Origin: Botryllus schlosseri
Lineage: Eukaryota
NCBI GenBank assembly: GCA_051294905.1
Contig: CM119371.1
Span: forward strand, 27,590,001-27,654,000
DNA: 64,000 bases
Reading direction: 5' to 3'
Shown here piece by piece: positions 63,074 to 64,000 of the stretch. Position 1 is the first letter of the stretch. Every line of letters starts with the position of its first letter. The position numbers and the translations under genes are program-made. The notes below the pieces were generated by a model that searched no databases, was not told where the DNA came from, and worked only from the letters and a program-made list of their open reading frames with translations.

Positions 63074-63412
63074 ATTATTATTATTATTATTATTGAGGAG
63101 TTTTAAGTGGCGCGTGTCGCCGTTTCCGGCCTTGTGCACCACGGACAAAATATGTAATCAAGGATCTAGTTTTCGTGCTCTGGGACATAGGGTTAAATTT
63201 CAAACTATATAAACTTTCAAACTATATATACAAGTTACATGAAATAATAAACTCGGCGACCGGCGTAAATAATTGCGACATAGTAAGTAAATTGGTTAAA
63301 GTAAACGGTACATTGAGTGTAGTACATGCGTCGGCAAGAAATGTTTGGTGAAAGTCATATTTTTCGCAATGCAAGAGTATGTGGTCAACCGTGTCGGGGA
63401 CGTAACACACAT
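63074..63412 (-). mobile_element. 5'-truncated I-clade-like LINE
   Basis: Minus-strand ORF end CYVPDTVDHILLHCEKY...LLTMSQLFTPVAEFI (CCHC-type C-terminus), short 3' UTR, (TAA)n tail, and a 14-bp TSD TACTTCATGCAGTT (63060-63073, 63413-63426). Confidence 0.88.
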
Positions 63413-64000
63413 TACTTCATGCAGTTGATATGAGTTATCTGATTTCGAGGTCGCAGGATGCATCTGTCCGACCAAGGCTAAATGATCAAGGATACTGTCA
63501 ATTAGTGCGAATTTTGAATATGTATACAGTGATTGTGATACATGGACTATATCACCCAGTTGTTGTGACAATTTCACTCGTAAATGTTGTCGGAACGTAT
63601 AACTGCATCGTACATTACTGAATCCAAAGTCAAAAATGAACGTTTTGCCCTAATAACTGCTACCTAGAATTTTTTGTGCTCACAAAACATTATATTCACT
63701 TGAGTAAGTATCACAGGTTAACAAAGCCAACCTGAGTACTCCGGAAAGGAAAACTCAATGAATACTGAAAACCTCAGGTTTTAGTGATGCATGTTCGGCT
63801 AAATCTCTTTATCAACAATCAAGCAGTCAATTCCCATACTTCAATCCATACGGTGGCTGTGAAACTAACCACGCTGGTGACAAATGCAGTTCAGAAACAT
63901 CATAACAAGGTAACATATCTGCACGGATGATGCACGAGTCGTCAGGATAAACGTAACTTACACAACAAACGCATCTTTCATACCGGCATGCGAGACTCTA

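Noticed and set aside
55231-64000. A third LRR gene after the third block
   Set aside because: No match to the signal-peptide exon or to any LRR exon was seen; the sequence is unrelated to units 1 and 2.

Overview
AT-rich animal genomic DNA with spliceosomal GT-AG introns. The taxon cannot be determined from the sequence, although it looks invertebrate-like. The window is a tandem segmental duplication: position 1 aligns with ~28326, and a third, more divergent partial copy lies at ~52960-55230. Each full unit carries one intact 9-coding-exon gene on the + strand (15829-26114, 683 aa; 41896-51001, 675 aa). These exons were assembled by hand and are mostly not visible in the ORF track. Both genes encode a single-pass receptor: signal peptide, Cys cap, 12 uninterrupted 24-aa LRRs, LRR-CT, Thr/Pro stalk, TM helix and a Ser/Thr-rich tail with no TIR domain. 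The two paralogs differ at the predicted concave (ligand) face only in LRR1-4 and are identical there in LRR5-12; they also differ in tail tyrosines. The remainder is a dense layer of mobile elements. It includes about ten hAT-type MITE families with 8-bp TSDs, a three-level nest, and a composite element in which two MITE copies flank ~0.9 kb of foreign cargo inside a single TSD. Also present are a Mutator/foldback element, decayed Buster, hAT and Chapaev-like transposases, 5'-truncated CR1/L2-like and I-like LINEs, a Penelope-like fragment with a hammerhead-like motif, and a tRNA-derived SINE. No rRNA, intact tRNA gene or CRISPR array was seen. All counts are by hand.
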